Assembly (NCBI RefSeq): GCF_964204645.1
Contig: NC_134030.1
Location: 2,646,778-2,710,777, forward strand
Origin: Tubulanus polymorphus
Taxonomy: Eukaryota > Animalia > Nemertea
Length of the DNA: 64,000 nt
Reading direction: 5' to 3'
The notes beneath the pieces were generated by a model. The model was not told the origin of the DNA. It made no database searches and saw nothing but the letters and a program-made list of their open reading frames with translations. This document shows positions 14,056 to 26,699 of this stretch, piece by piece (within the stretch, counting starts at the first letter, position 1; each line of letters starts with the position of its first letter). A program made the position numbers and the translations under genes.

Positions 14056-15139
14056 TCACACAATACTGCCTGTTTCTATATCATCTGTAAAACCACTAGT
14101 AATACGTGGATATTTCACCTCGACCGGTTCAGATATTTCCGGACGTTGTTTCGCGCGTCGCCGCGAGCTTCCGTTTTCACTAACCCCCGATTCGTAGTGA
14201 ACGCTACCGTCGAATGATGAAATCACCGCAGTCATACCCTCCGCGCCGGTGAACTCTTCCGGTTGGATTTTATTCTCGAATCGTCGCGGACGGTGTACCG
14301 CGTCGTCGCTGTCGTGACCTCCATCTCCCGGCGAACGCTCCGACTCGTGTCGGCGATGATGATGTTTTTTCTTCTTGCGTCGATGTCGTTTCGGCGACGT
14401 CTGCTCAGGTTCCGTCGGAGCCAACGCGTTTAGAGGGGGTAACGGTAAAGCACGTTTAAACGGACTGTCGGCGAATTCATCCGGCGGTCGCAATATTAAA
14501 CCGTCCTTTACTGTTGGTGATACGGGTGGCAACGGTCTCGAAGGAAGAGCACGATCTTGTCTGAAATAGAGAGAACACTTCTATCAATCATTCATTCATT
14601 CATTCGTTGATCTCTGGTCAAGATTTCCGTGATTTGAAGTTTCTGCTAATTCTCCTGTCCCTGGAGACAGCAGAAATCTATCAAGAAGAGAATATTCTTC
14701 GGGCAAAGCATAATTGAAAAGTGCCCGAGTCATATTTGAAGAGGATGAAATGGTACTCGTACCGGAATCATGCTCAACTTTTGCTCAGAAAGTTTCTCAA
14801 CATTTCATATAGCATCAAAATACAAAAAAATACTACTTGTAAAACCATTATCAGAAAAAGTTGTTTTCAAGTAAAAGATATCGTCTATTGCGTGTATATC
14901 TAGGTTGTCGCAAAAGGAGAATGTCAAACAGGAAAGACTAGTTTTTCAAATAGGAGGAGGTGACTAGCTTGTGAAAGAGTTGACCCGAATATGAGTTGAG
15001 TGAACCACTCACCCGCTTAATTCCGATTTAGTTTTATGTTCGTCTTGAAATTGTTCAGGATTAACGGCGCCATCTGGATTATCACGTTCAGCAGGCGCGA
15101 CCAAATTCACGTCTTCGTTTTGTTTCGATGTATTTCTCT
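14056..15139 (-). CDS. Two terminal coding exons of a low-complexity cytoplasmic region (probable long tail of Ig-like receptor copy 1)
   Basis: Exon 15139-15013 (127 nt, enters in phase 1) and exon 14560-14056 (505 nt, TGA) join in frame: ...RNTSKQNEDV...ELSG-QDRALPSRPLPPVSPT...RALPLPP...PKRHRRKKKKHHHRRH...VKYPRI...ETGSIV*. The splice sites are canonical, and I found no start exon of their own. Confidence 0.75.
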
Positions 15140-18100
15140 CTGAAACGACAAATGTTAGAAATAAATATTCAGTCGGACTCTCATACTGCAGGAAATATTC
15201 AATGATCTTTAAATCAGCCATTGACCAGGCTAATTGACCATGTTCGTGGTCCGATTCACAAAAATGATAAACTCCTAAATTGTTGTTCTGCAGCCAGTCT
15301 AGCTGACCCTGTTCAGCAGCTTGACTGACGAACCCTGTTCAGCAGAGCTTGACTGACTAATCCTGTTCAGCAGCCTGACTGATAAACCCAAATAGACTCT
15401 TTCATCATAAATGTAAATTTCATTATATATATTTAATTGAAAAAACCATCCGTTTATTAACAACAAAACAAGAATACAGTAAGCAGTTCTTTAAGTGAAC
15501 AATTTCCTTTTTTAATAATTTTCAAATACTTATTATACCACTGGGTATGGACTTGTAAACAAAAAGTGGATGATGAAAAATCTCAACTTTATTAATGGTG
15601 ACAAATCGCGATCTTAATTTAAATCGTGTCTTTAGAGAATGACAATAAAAATGGATGAATTTAGATCAATCTCGAAGATATCATAATAGTTGGATATTTC
15701 ATTATCATCTTCATTGACAATCAGCTCATCAATCGTAATAACAATACATAATGACCGAATTTCAGGGGCCACTGATCCAGGGGACTCTTATAGTGCCATT
15801 TTCTATTTTTCAATGAACAAAAATTGTAAAATTTCAGTGATGTGGGAAGTGACAAGTTCAAGTTCCTGTTTTAAACAGCTGGAGTTTACAGTCTGAGGTC
15901 CTGTTACAAGTGGCAAAGTTTGTCAGCATAAAACAGCCGGATGTAGAGTTTGATAAGCCCCTCGGTGCGAAAATCATTCAATATTGCCTTTTTGAACATC
16001 AAAGTGCTCTTTTGGATTGTGACAAGTTTTTCAAAATCAGACCCTGGATCCTCCCCTGAATTTTCATTCATACCAATATGGATATTATTTTTCCCTTAGT
16101 TTATTCTATCTAAGAGCATGATTATTTCATTGAGATAAGAAAGCTCCTCTATTATGCACGGTCAACGTGATTCTACAATAATCATTATAGCATTGATTTA
16201 ATTATTTACACTAGGTGAATCCCGTTAACACCTCTTTTCAGCAATCTTGAATAACAATATAATCTGTGATTACGTATGGAAAATTTAACAAGTAAGAATT
16301 AAAACTGTCAATATTTAGCCACCTGACAAGTGCTGCCATCTGGCGTTTGATACAAAAACTATTCCATATGACTCAACTGCGCATTAGATGATTTATAATT
16401 GAGGCGTGTTCACATTTCTATTCTGAGTTGTTGTTACCAGGTGTGGTTATAATAGAACACATTATTTCAAAACAGCTACCACCACACACTAATACTATCG
16501 GCACTACTACATAGCAATTACTCTCATCTCATATAGAAATACTGTTATATTCTCTTGTTGTACATGACACAAAATTGGATAAGCTTACGAATGATATTAT
16601 AGAACGAACTAAGTTGTCTGAGACTGGTCTTAGTTCTAATCCGAGACAATGGAACTGGCCCTTGAATATGTGACTATACGGTATCACTCGTTTTATTCGG
16701 ATTTTCACATATTTTGGTCCCCTCTGGTTAATTTCTATTCAAACGAGGGCACAGACTTCATTTCATTCGTGAAAAATTTACCAGTCTCCGGTTCTACTGT
16801 ATAACATCCATATTACAGGTATTCAATCTGTAGCCCTTCAGACAATCATCCACGTAATGAACACACTATGAACACTACATTGCCTGTGTTGGAAATTGTA
16901 CAGATATTGTATCTAACATATGTAGTTCATTTTCATTTAGAAATGTCTCGGGTAAAGTTTTGAAAACATGTGGAGTGTGGACGATCAAAATTGGAAGACT
17001 GACGATTAAGGTGTTGAATGTATTGTGTAAGTGCAGGGTCCAGGCAGCAGATTGATACAACACGATATTGTAATTATTTGGACAAAAAAGCCATCAATAG
17101 TAGAATTAATGCTATTTTACACGCAGCACAAGTGGTAAACTGTTAAACTGATCCGGATTTAGTGAAATTGAAAGATATTTGTAAAAGTAAACCTCACTTT
17201 ACTTGGTCAAACTGCAACTGAAAAAAAATTGGTCCGAAAAATAAAATAGGAAATCAAAAAATGATTTTTTGTTTTTGTCCAAGTCTGGTGAAAGTCAGCA
17301 GCGAGTTGTTGACCAAGACTGAGTTTAGCAAGATTTACTTTGTAAGTAACTACATCATATATTACAAATTAGGTAAATAACAATATATTCATAACAAATT
17401 CTTCTAAAGAATATTTTGATACGGATTTTGTATAACATAACATGTAATTATATAAATCAGGAGGAGGTGGCAGGGAGAGGGGGTGGCAGGGAGAGGGGGT
17501 CACCTATTTCAATGGGATAGATACCGTAAAGATAAGATAGTTATAATTATATCGAATAACAATACAGCTAATAAAAATATTCACCATGCTGTTCACTTCT
17601 TGATTTGAATTTTATGTCAAATCAATGCACTGAATTTGAAAACTTTTTCATCTAAGAATTGGTCATGGTCATGCAGCCTTTTCATAGGACTAACCGAAAT
17701 TGCTAGACTATGGTATATCAGATTTTGTACTTAAATTTTGTCATTGCTTTTTTACAAAACCGTCGTAGACACAGTCTGTCTAATTTGTCATTTTTTTTAG
17801 AATATGTACAATCAAATACATAAACATGTACATTAACAAATATAACTCAAGAGAATGACTTTAATGGACACAGGACGGATTAAAGTCTTCATATGATCAC
17901 AAATCATTTCATCGGCATACAATTAATAGAATAGAATATTTCACGTGATATCCATGAAATACTTCTCCTATGAGACATATAGACTTGATCTATGAATAAT
18001 TCAAATCGGATAAAACTTGATTCTTTGTTAGTTAATTCAATCGGGTATAGTTTGAATAAGTTCCTGAAACGAGGAAGTTTGAACGTCAAAATTTTGCAAT

Positions 18101-18572
18101 AAATTCCCCTAACTGAATTCCTCTATTCAAACAAACAAAAAAACCAGTTATATTCTATATAACTGCGATAAAAACCGACAAAAATACAGTAGTTACACAT
18201 GACAACACAATGCTTTGAATAACAGTAGAAACTCTGTTTATCTCTGCCTTCTTGGGACTAATGAATTTTCTCCAGGGCACGGAGTAAATTCTGGGGTAGT
18301 CGGAGAGACATGAATGGAAAGTAGAAAGATTGGTTGTGTCAAGTGTAATAATAAAATTGATCATTATCAACAACAAGAACTATTAACCCTATCCATGTAA
18401 CATTACTAAAATTGTCTCTATTTTCAGTCCGAATTTGGATTTATAATTCAATTTCAAAGTGTAAGTCGTCATTTGGATAAGTCATCAACTAAATGCCCCA
18501 ACTAGACTCAAACCAATGTCACTCTATCCTGCTATTTTTATCCTGGTGCGAATTTTTAAAAATTTATTTATT

Positions 18573-21500
18573 TTAAATGGTTTGACCATTACGTGGGTCA
18601 GTTGACATCGGTACAGCGCCAACTTCACCTGAAATTTTGAAAAAAAGATAAAATTCTTCAGCAAAATTTCAACTTTTTCAGATAGAATTTAAGAATCAAT
18701 AAGCAGTCAATATTTACCCGGATTTTGGAAAGCTTGGTTCATGTTTCCATTTACTTTTGGACTGCTGTTGCAGTTGCTGTTGTTGTTGGGGTTATTGCAA
18801 TTGTTCATTTCTGTAATCAAGAAATTCTTTTTCTCGCAAAATGCTTATGAGTTCAACACTGAGTGGAACAAAGGAATCGACAATTTTAGGCACAAAATAA
18901 ACAACCATTTCAACATTTTATAATTTCCCTAGTGTCGCTTGAGCAGGAACGAGCAGCCATTAAATCCATGTCATAATCATAGATTCCTATAAATTCTACT
19001 ATCTATCCATTCTAAATAAATTCAATCTACTTTCGATGATTGAACAGAAATCTTTGATCAAGTGTGACTCTAGAAAAATGTCATTTTGTAGCCCGAATCT
19101 CATATTATTCATTAAAATCAAAGATGGCTGCTTGAAAACGAAATTGGTGCATCATGTGAGTGCTATGTGCAGTTTGCAATGGATAGAATAGAATTTGTAC
19201 TTACTCTTACAATAGCAGATTATTGATATCATGAGTCCAGAAATCACTATAATAATCACTATTACAATTACACTAACACAAGCAGGTACGTTACATTTAC
19301 ACCAACCATCATCGCATAGCTCAGTAATAGGTCCCGCTAAAAAAGAAATAAGATATTTAAATTCATGCTCATTTACATTCATCATTCCAAAATGATTGTT
19401 ATTCATTAGTGTAGGTATTTACTCTGCATTTTTTCATATTTATACAACTAATATTCATAACTTTTTGTGTGCGAAAGTTGACTTAACCCATTAGACGCCG
19501 CAACTTCATATGTATGATCCAGAATAACAAACTCTTAATTAGCCAATTGAATTTTCATATAAAGATTTAGTAGATGCAGTGTGAAAACTATTGAAAATGA
19601 TACATTACAACCATTGGTTATTTTGAAGATTTACTATCTATTGCTGTATCGATTTGGTCAATCATTGATCAAAACTTTGACCTTTGACCCCCTCAAACTA
19701 TAGATGGCGCTATAGTACAGCGGACGTTGGCGGACATTCTGAGGAGATACAAGTCGAATGTCGACGAATGTTCTGCGGTCCATTGGGTTAATAGATAAGC
19801 CTCCTCTCACCCCTTCCCAAAAAGAATTTGAGTGATACTTACTTGTAGGTTCTTCTGAAAATATATCAATTCAAAATGCATTAGAATCTGTTAAATACAG
19901 TAGAAACTGCTTCCAAGAGCGGGGCAGTTCAACTGGGATTATAAGATTCTCTAAAAGTATTTTTAGTATTTTGAGGTATTTGAGGATGTTTTATGAATTT
20001 CATTTTTTATCTGAAGTCATGGTTCCCACAGTTATATGAATTCAAAATTCCCAAGTATTTCATGGGTGATTTTTCAATGTTCCCAAATGGAAATGAACAT
20101 GTCTTATCGTCATGCTACAGTCAACATTTTAGCGGTGACTGGTTGACATAGGTGATTTTCAAGGGAAATCGCTGAAGAAAGTTGCCTTTGGCAAATGCAA
20201 TATGTGAAATGTAATGAATTTTCCAAATAATTCCCTGATTTGAGGAAAATTTTTCAAATTCCAAATATTTTGTAACTGGGTATGTTTATTTCAAAATTCC
20301 AAAGTTTTTACCCAATTTCCCTGTTCTGTGGGAACCATGTGAAGTTGACTATTCATTTCTATAACGTTGTCAACAAACAACCCAGACTGGCGAGAGTGGA
20401 ATGCTATTGAATGAATCGATTGAAATAGCTCTGTTGAATGCTGAATAGCTGTATGGGAGTTCCATGAATATGCGGGGAAAACCCCGGTGATCAATAGACG
20501 TAATTGAAAGCTCTAATCAAAACAACTGACAATATCATACTCATATATGAAATGCACGTAAATGATTTTTAAACTGATAAAATGAAAGGAAAGTTTCAAT
20601 TGAAATTACTCTAGCCAAGAGATTTCACTGATTGTAGAATAACAGCAACAAAGCAAGTTTTACTGAATTAATTGAAGAAATTATATCGAGAGTTTAACTC
20701 TTTTGAGAAACTTGACCTTGATTCGCTATTGGGTGAGATATTTACATTCTCAATATTACTGAATAGGAGGCAGTTTCACGAGGCTAAACATTTACCTTCA
20801 GGTTGACATTTCACCAGTTTGTTCAGATTATTGACATCATATGCACAGCAACGCACATTCTTAATTTCTGTTGCGTTCTCTAAAACCAGGACACTTTTAC
20901 TGCGATATTTTGGCCACTTCGGTATAAGTGGACAACTATCATTATTCACAGGGTCGTTAGTGATACTGACTGGATCTTTCTATGAAATAATGAAACAATT
21001 TTTGAATAAACAAAAATGCTAATTGCAGAATTAATTGCTACGAATGAAACCTGAATTCAGAGAATTACTTCAATAAGTCGCCTCTAATTTCTATTCCCAA
21101 ATCTATTTGCTAAGAATAAGTCATCATCAACTTAATGATCGTCAAAACTAAATGAACTACGAGGACTTAAAAGTGACCGAGTTTAACTGTAATTAAAAAA
21201 ATTATACTGTTTTTCAGCAATGATGTAGTTTGTGAAAATTTCCCTATTTGATGTAGGCCTAAAAAACTTACTGGTTCTGTTCCATTAACCGTCCATTTAT
21301 ATGAATATTGTGAGAATGTACAGGCTCCGGTTCCTTCATCAACAGAATCTCCCGCTAAACAAGTGAATTCTGTCTTATCATCAGATGATGTCATGTTTAT
21401 CAGCTGTGGTACGTCTGAAAAATTTTGGTAATTTTGGCAATCCTTTAATAATACAGTGTAAAAATCAATATTTTAGTTCAGCAGCTGGTCTTCGTCTGTG

Positions 21501-24006
21501 ATGGTCCTTTGAAGACTTATATCTGGTATGTACCAACAAAACTGACAGAACTAGGCCACCTGGACGTCCTCTTATGTTAAGTTGAAAGACTTGAGTCTCT
21601 TATGTCAGTTGCTAAAGCAGAGTATGTCACAGGCAGTCACAAGTCTCAGGCAGACACAAGTCACTGACAGTCAGTCGGTTGGCATTTCCTGAAAAATAGG
21701 TGTGACAGGCAAAGAGTGAAAGCCAGGTGCAGTGTTTTCAATAAGAAATTAACAAGCCAGGTCCCTTTGAAAAACAGGAGGGTCCCATAATATGTCACCG
21801 TTCCGGAAATGAAAGCTGGTTTGAAAAAACAGGCGGGTCCTTTACAAACAACAGACGGGTCTGGGACCTGGAACCTGGCTCTTATTGAAAACATTGAGGT
21901 GTAGGTCAGGGGCCAGTTGCTCAAAAGTTGGTTAAAGATAATTGTAACAATGAAATTTCAATTGTCACCATATCAACTATCCACTGGTTAACTCTAACCA
22001 ACTTTTCAGCAACCGGCCCCAGGATTTCCATGTTTATAGAATAAAACTAGAAAAAGAAATACTTTCATCAAATTGTTTTTTTTTTGTTTATCTGGCTCTG
22101 TTTTCTCATGTAGAATTAGTAGTATTTCTCAAGTGATAGAGCCTGGTGCGATGCAGAGGGGGTACTTTGCAGGAAATATGTCAGGTGTTTTGAGCCCCAC
22201 TTCAATAGATAAGGTGTCACTAACACACTGCAAAGAATCACCATGGGCTATAAAACAAAGGGCCATGAAAACACGGCGAAAGATCAGAGGATATTTTTCC
22301 TCAGTGTTTTCGAAATTTAGCACAAATTTGAAATGCATTGACTTATGTGCTATAAATTTTCAACGAGGTGCAAAACGTACTTTGTTTTTAGTCCATAGAA
22401 TGACTGATGATAATCTGTTTTAGTAGTACAGTCATTAACCTAACTGGTGTCATGCAATTAATTCGCCATCTATTAGGCCTATCAGAGTTTAGAAACAGTA
22501 CGTTTTGACCATACTCCCTCAGCAGGGATTTGAACCTGATGGCACCGAAACCCTGCCACACTAGACCGGGTGCGCAGCTTAGATGATGACATTATCAGCC
22601 AATCAGAAATCTTGTTTTATTTTAGCGCGCGTTTTTTCCATTTATAGTTCTTCCATGTAATTTGTCTCAGAGATTATACAACGAAAGCAATCTGATTGGT
22701 GCCGCAAGTTTTTGTGCAGCAAACTCGCGCACCTGGTCCAGTGGGGCAGAGGTTCGTGCTGTGGCCGAGTGTAGAGGTGCCATCAGGTTTGAATCCCTGC
22801 CGGTGTATCATGGCTTTTGGCAGGAAAGTGATGGGAACTTTCAGCTATTCCAGTATGTCTTTGGCAGAAGTTAATATGGAGAAAACTAAATTTTGACAGA
22901 TACTCACCGGTAAGAGTGTATTGTAAACTGTCTAATACATTTCCTACGATACATTTAAAAACAGGTGTCCCGTAATTATACCAGCGATCATCAAACATTT
23001 TAAACGTCATCGTTAAATTCGCCTCGGTACCGCTCCCCTCCGGATTGTCTCCCGTACACTTTATATCGAACGTGTTGAAGTCGATAAATAAAGTTGTATT
23101 CTTGAAAGCTCTCGCTGGGTATTTTTTACAGTTTGTATTGAATGTAACGTATGAATTACGAGGAGCAGTGTCCATAGGTCCTTCAGGTTCAACCCTGAAC
23201 ACCGATGAAACACCAGCCGGATCTGGAAAGTCTCTTATCGTACACGTCATATTATACCAGTCTGTAGTTAGCATATCAGTGTTCCTATTACTAGTCAGTG
23301 TTATACTGAGAGCCATCACACCTGAAATATAATATATCTATCTATTTAAACACGGTATAAACAGTTTAATTCATCAATTCACCAGAATCAGTGAACACAA
23401 GGCGCTGTACGACCTAGAGAGGAGTGTTCATCCTCGCTTGCCAGGGTTCGATTGCCGCCCGCCGAAGCTCACACCAAAACAAACCCTGGCTTAAAACCCT
23501 TCATCGGTTTATCACATCGCCTGAGATTGCCGCTAAAAGTGGCTATCAGTCTATGTATCAAGCAAATCATGCGGTAGATTCGCTACACATCTGTTTGGCT
23601 AGATATATATAGATTGATGGGGGCTGAGCAGCTGTCAGTTTGGCATAGAAATCTTAGGCAATTTAATATACCAATGAAATTGAAAGGCAAGCGAGGGTGG
23701 GTGAGGAGAGCTGTGGTCGGTATGCCTGCTGTTTAGGTGTCCCTAATGGTTATGTACCTAACCTTAACACTTAACACTAGCACCACCCAGTGGATAAGGT
23801 GACCCAAACTGCAGACCCCAGGGGACCCCAGTACGTAATAACAAATAAATTAGAACAGAATTAAAGAAAGAATGAATGAAAGACTGCTAACTTGATGAAT
23901 TCGGGTAGAAGAAAACCAGCATCACCAGCAGAGCAGCAGCAACAGCCGCTGCATTAGCAGCTACCGCTTTTTTCATCGCCCACGGTTTTACAGATCGAAT
24001 AATCAT
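18573..24006 (-). CDS. Ig-like single-pass membrane receptor, copy 1 (382 aa short isoform)
   Basis: Exons: 24006-23892 (signal peptide MIIRSVKPWAMKKAVAANAAAVAAALLVMLVFFYPNSS), 23321-22908 (V-like domain, NMTC...VFKC), 21414-21272 and 20979-20796 (C-like domain, FTC..YKWTVNG..SKSVLVL..VRC), 19854-19843 (12-nt microexon), 19336-19205 (CDDGWCKC + TM), 18810-18718, 18628-18573 (TAA). All phases are consistent. The Ig assignment is inferred from Cys/Trp spacing and phase-1 domain borders. Confidence 0.85.
19487..19787. mobile_element. piggyBac-like MITE (second family)
   Basis: ttaa|cccatt ... ttggg|ttaa, with a TTAA duplication. Confidence 0.7.
20018..20339. mobile_element. MITE present only in copy 1
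   Basis: TIR catggttcccacag / ctgtgggaaccatg, TSD tgaagt. The empty site tttatctgaagttgact is seen at 28792, 37524 and 39585. Confidence 0.9.
21909..22019. mobile_element. MITE (GGGCCAGTTGCTCAAAAG family)
   Basis: cag|gggccagttgctcaaaagttggtta ... taaccaacttttcagcaaccggccc|cag; a related copy lies at ~2229-2345. Confidence 0.75.
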
Positions 24007-24050
24007 TTACACAAGACGAGTGTTTAATCCTTTAATTCAAACTGGGAGTC

Positions 24051-24092
24051 TCATAATCGCGTCGTTACGGGGTGATGACGTGATAGGGTGTA
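24051..24092 (-). promoter_or_regulatory. Conserved proximal upstream block with a CRE/ATF-like TGATGACGTGAT motif
   Basis: The block cgcgtcgttacggggtgatgacgtgatagggtgtag lies upstream of all three receptor ATGs (also 31161-31202 and 41401-41442). Its function is inferred. Confidence 0.4.
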
Positions 24093-25240
24093 GTTGTAGT
24101 ATGGAAAATGGAAAACCCAGCAAATCGCTTCCTGGTCGACTGATGCGACTTCTATCGATAAATCGTTCTACTATAATCAATACAAATTCATATGTTCATT
24201 GCGCAAAGAAAATGTCATCCTCGCTTGCCAGGGCTGTCGTCAGGTTTCAACGAAACTCTGTATGTTACCCGGGTACCAAGAAACATCGTATCAAGTAGTA
24301 GATAGATCACGAGATTTATATCACTACAGGGGCGCGTCTAGGGTCTGAATCAGGAAGGGGTACACCCGATTTTCAGCATTCACGTCGGTTCGATTTCTAG
24401 GGGTCGGAAATGAAGACTACTCACTCCGGACTAGGGGTCTAAATGCACTGAGGAAATATTCAATGATCAATCAGCCGGTGACCAGGCTAAATGACCCTGT
24501 TTTGAGATCCATTTCACAAAAACGATAAACTCCTTAATTAATCTATGAGGTTCGGCAATGCCTGACTGATGACCCGGTTCAGCAACCTGCCTGATTGACC
24601 CTGTTCAGCAGCCTGACTGATAAACCCAAATAGACTCGGTCATTAATGTAAATCTCCATTAAATATATTTCACAGGTTTATTAACAGCATTACAAGAATA
24701 AGCAGATAATTTAGAAGCGAATGAATTATTTCTTTTCGCCCCTTTTTTACATATTTCTCCCGAAAACGTTTGCTATAATCATATATTACTCATAAGAAAA
24801 TGAGATTTGTACTGTTTTGTACTGTTTTTGCTTCTATGGAATTTGAATTATTTAGACTCTCTACCTAAGATCTATTTTTCAAATACTTATTACGGGTTCT
24901 TGTAAACAAAAAGTAGATGATTGAAAAAATATCAACATATTATAGAACACATTATTTTAAAACAGCACACTACTACTACACAGCAACAGTACTCAATCTC
25001 ATATAGAAATATCATTACTCTCATCTGTACACAGCCCGATATCCAAAAGTGATAATCTTACAAATGATATTAACGAATTAAGTGGTCGGAGACTGGTGTT
25101 AGATCTAGAATTTTCACTAATTTCGGACTAAAATTCCAGTCCTCTCTAGGTCATTTCTATTCAAATGTTAGCACGGACTTCATTTAACTTGTAAAAAATT
25201 TACCAGTCTCCGTGGATCCAAATTAAGCGAGTTCTACTGG

Positions 25241-25908
25241 ACGTATCGGCCCCACTCCGCGCGGTTGCGCCACCACGCGGGATTTACGCGAAGCAGCAGA
25301 ACACAAACATGGCCACTCTCAATTATCAATGATAGAAATCGTGTGTGCATTTCAATTATTTCGGCTGTTAGGGTTTTAAGGCACAATATAAGTTGATGAT
25401 GTGATATGGCGATGTTAATTAATGATAATTCCGCAGTGAAGCTAGTCACGAACGGTGCCGATTGAGTGTACAGCTGCCAAAAACACTGAAATGTGCGTAG
25501 TTGCGTAACTATTTGCAATGAATTACAGACGAAACACGAAGCCTTAACGGCCGTTTAAAAAAAATTATACCAATCGCAATTGTAAAATAAAAATGAGATA
25601 GAACCTAAGATTAAATTCTGGCCATTTCTAAAATGTTATTAATTATTATTACTAATTTTTAGTCAGTGCGGAACGTTTAGTTTTCCAAAAATAATGAGGG
25701 GTGGTAGGTAGTCATGCAATTCAAGTCATCATTTATTACACGTTACTTCCGGGTTGTTGAAAATCTCGCGAGTCCTGGACTAAACCCCAATGAACAATGT
25801 GATCTGTGTGCTGGCCACAAATGCACACAGATCACACTACACTACCCATTACACACTCCAGTACCCACAGCTTTCATATATCCATCCAAATATTTAGTGG
25901 CTTTCTTC
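25241..25908. mobile_element. ~670-bp insertion specific to unit 2
   Basis: Absent from the homologous site in unit 3 (34748 gagttctactggataacat) and flanked by a ctgga direct repeat. Confidence 0.65.
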
Positions 25909-26475
25909 CTGGATAACATATGTATGCTGACGAAATGTCTAATGTCTGGTGTTTGTAGTTGATTTTCGATTAGAAATGTCTCGGGTAAAGTTCTGAACAC
26001 ATGTGGAGTGTGGACGATCAAAATTGGAAGACTGACGATTAAGGTGTTGAATGTATTGTGTAAGTGCAGGGTCCAGGCAGCAGATTGATACAACACGATA
26101 TTGTAATTATTTTGACAAACAAAAAGCCAGCAATAGTAAAATTAATGCTATTTTACACGCAGCACAAGTGGTTAACTGTGAAAATGACCCAGATTTAGTG
26201 AAATTGAAAAATATTTGTAAAAATGATATTTGAAGCTGATATGATCTACTACACCGGTCATTCGTATACGCCTAACACCGGTTATGGATATATTATTTTT
26301 ACCTGTCTGTTGGTGCAATTATATCAATCATATCACAATTAGATATTTAGAAATCAATGACAAAAATAAACTAAATTTTATACATAAACATGATACCTCC
26401 TACAATCGGATAGATACCATAAAGCAGGCTCGGATCTAGGATTTTTTCCAGGAGGGGGTTCATAAAGGATGTTAA

Positions 26476-26699
26476 GGCTAAAAAAAATTGATACCTTGTT
26501 TCTCCGCTCTGCTGAGCTTAAATGTTGACCCGGCCGGCCGGCCGCCTATCTACCCTATACATTACTTTTTTAAAAATCGTGATCAATTTTACCATAACAG
26601 ACCCGGCCGCTATAGAAATGAGCTGTTTATAAATTTTATCATATTTTACAAAAATGACCCGGCCGCTGCGGAGAAACAAGGTATCATTTTTATTTAGCC
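26476..26699. mobile_element. Tourist/Harbinger-like MITE nested in an older MITE (26425-26899)
   Basis: taa|ggctaaa...gataccttgtttctccgc ... gcggagaaacaaggtatca...tttagcc|taa. The empty site is at 35431-35441 in unit 3. Confidence 0.9.

Noticed and set aside
16940-17190. Triplicated ORFs (16875..17063, 25842..26096, 26051..26233, 34846..35058, 35013..35195)
   Set aside because: Their recurrence is explained by the segmental duplication. There are stops and frameshifts between copies and no recognisable protein; a decayed exon cannot be excluded.
23045-23332. Plus-strand hydrophobic ORFs (also 20819, 28387, 30173, 37114, 38010, 39034) and minus-strand 46232..46630
   Set aside because: They are antisense shadows of real exons.
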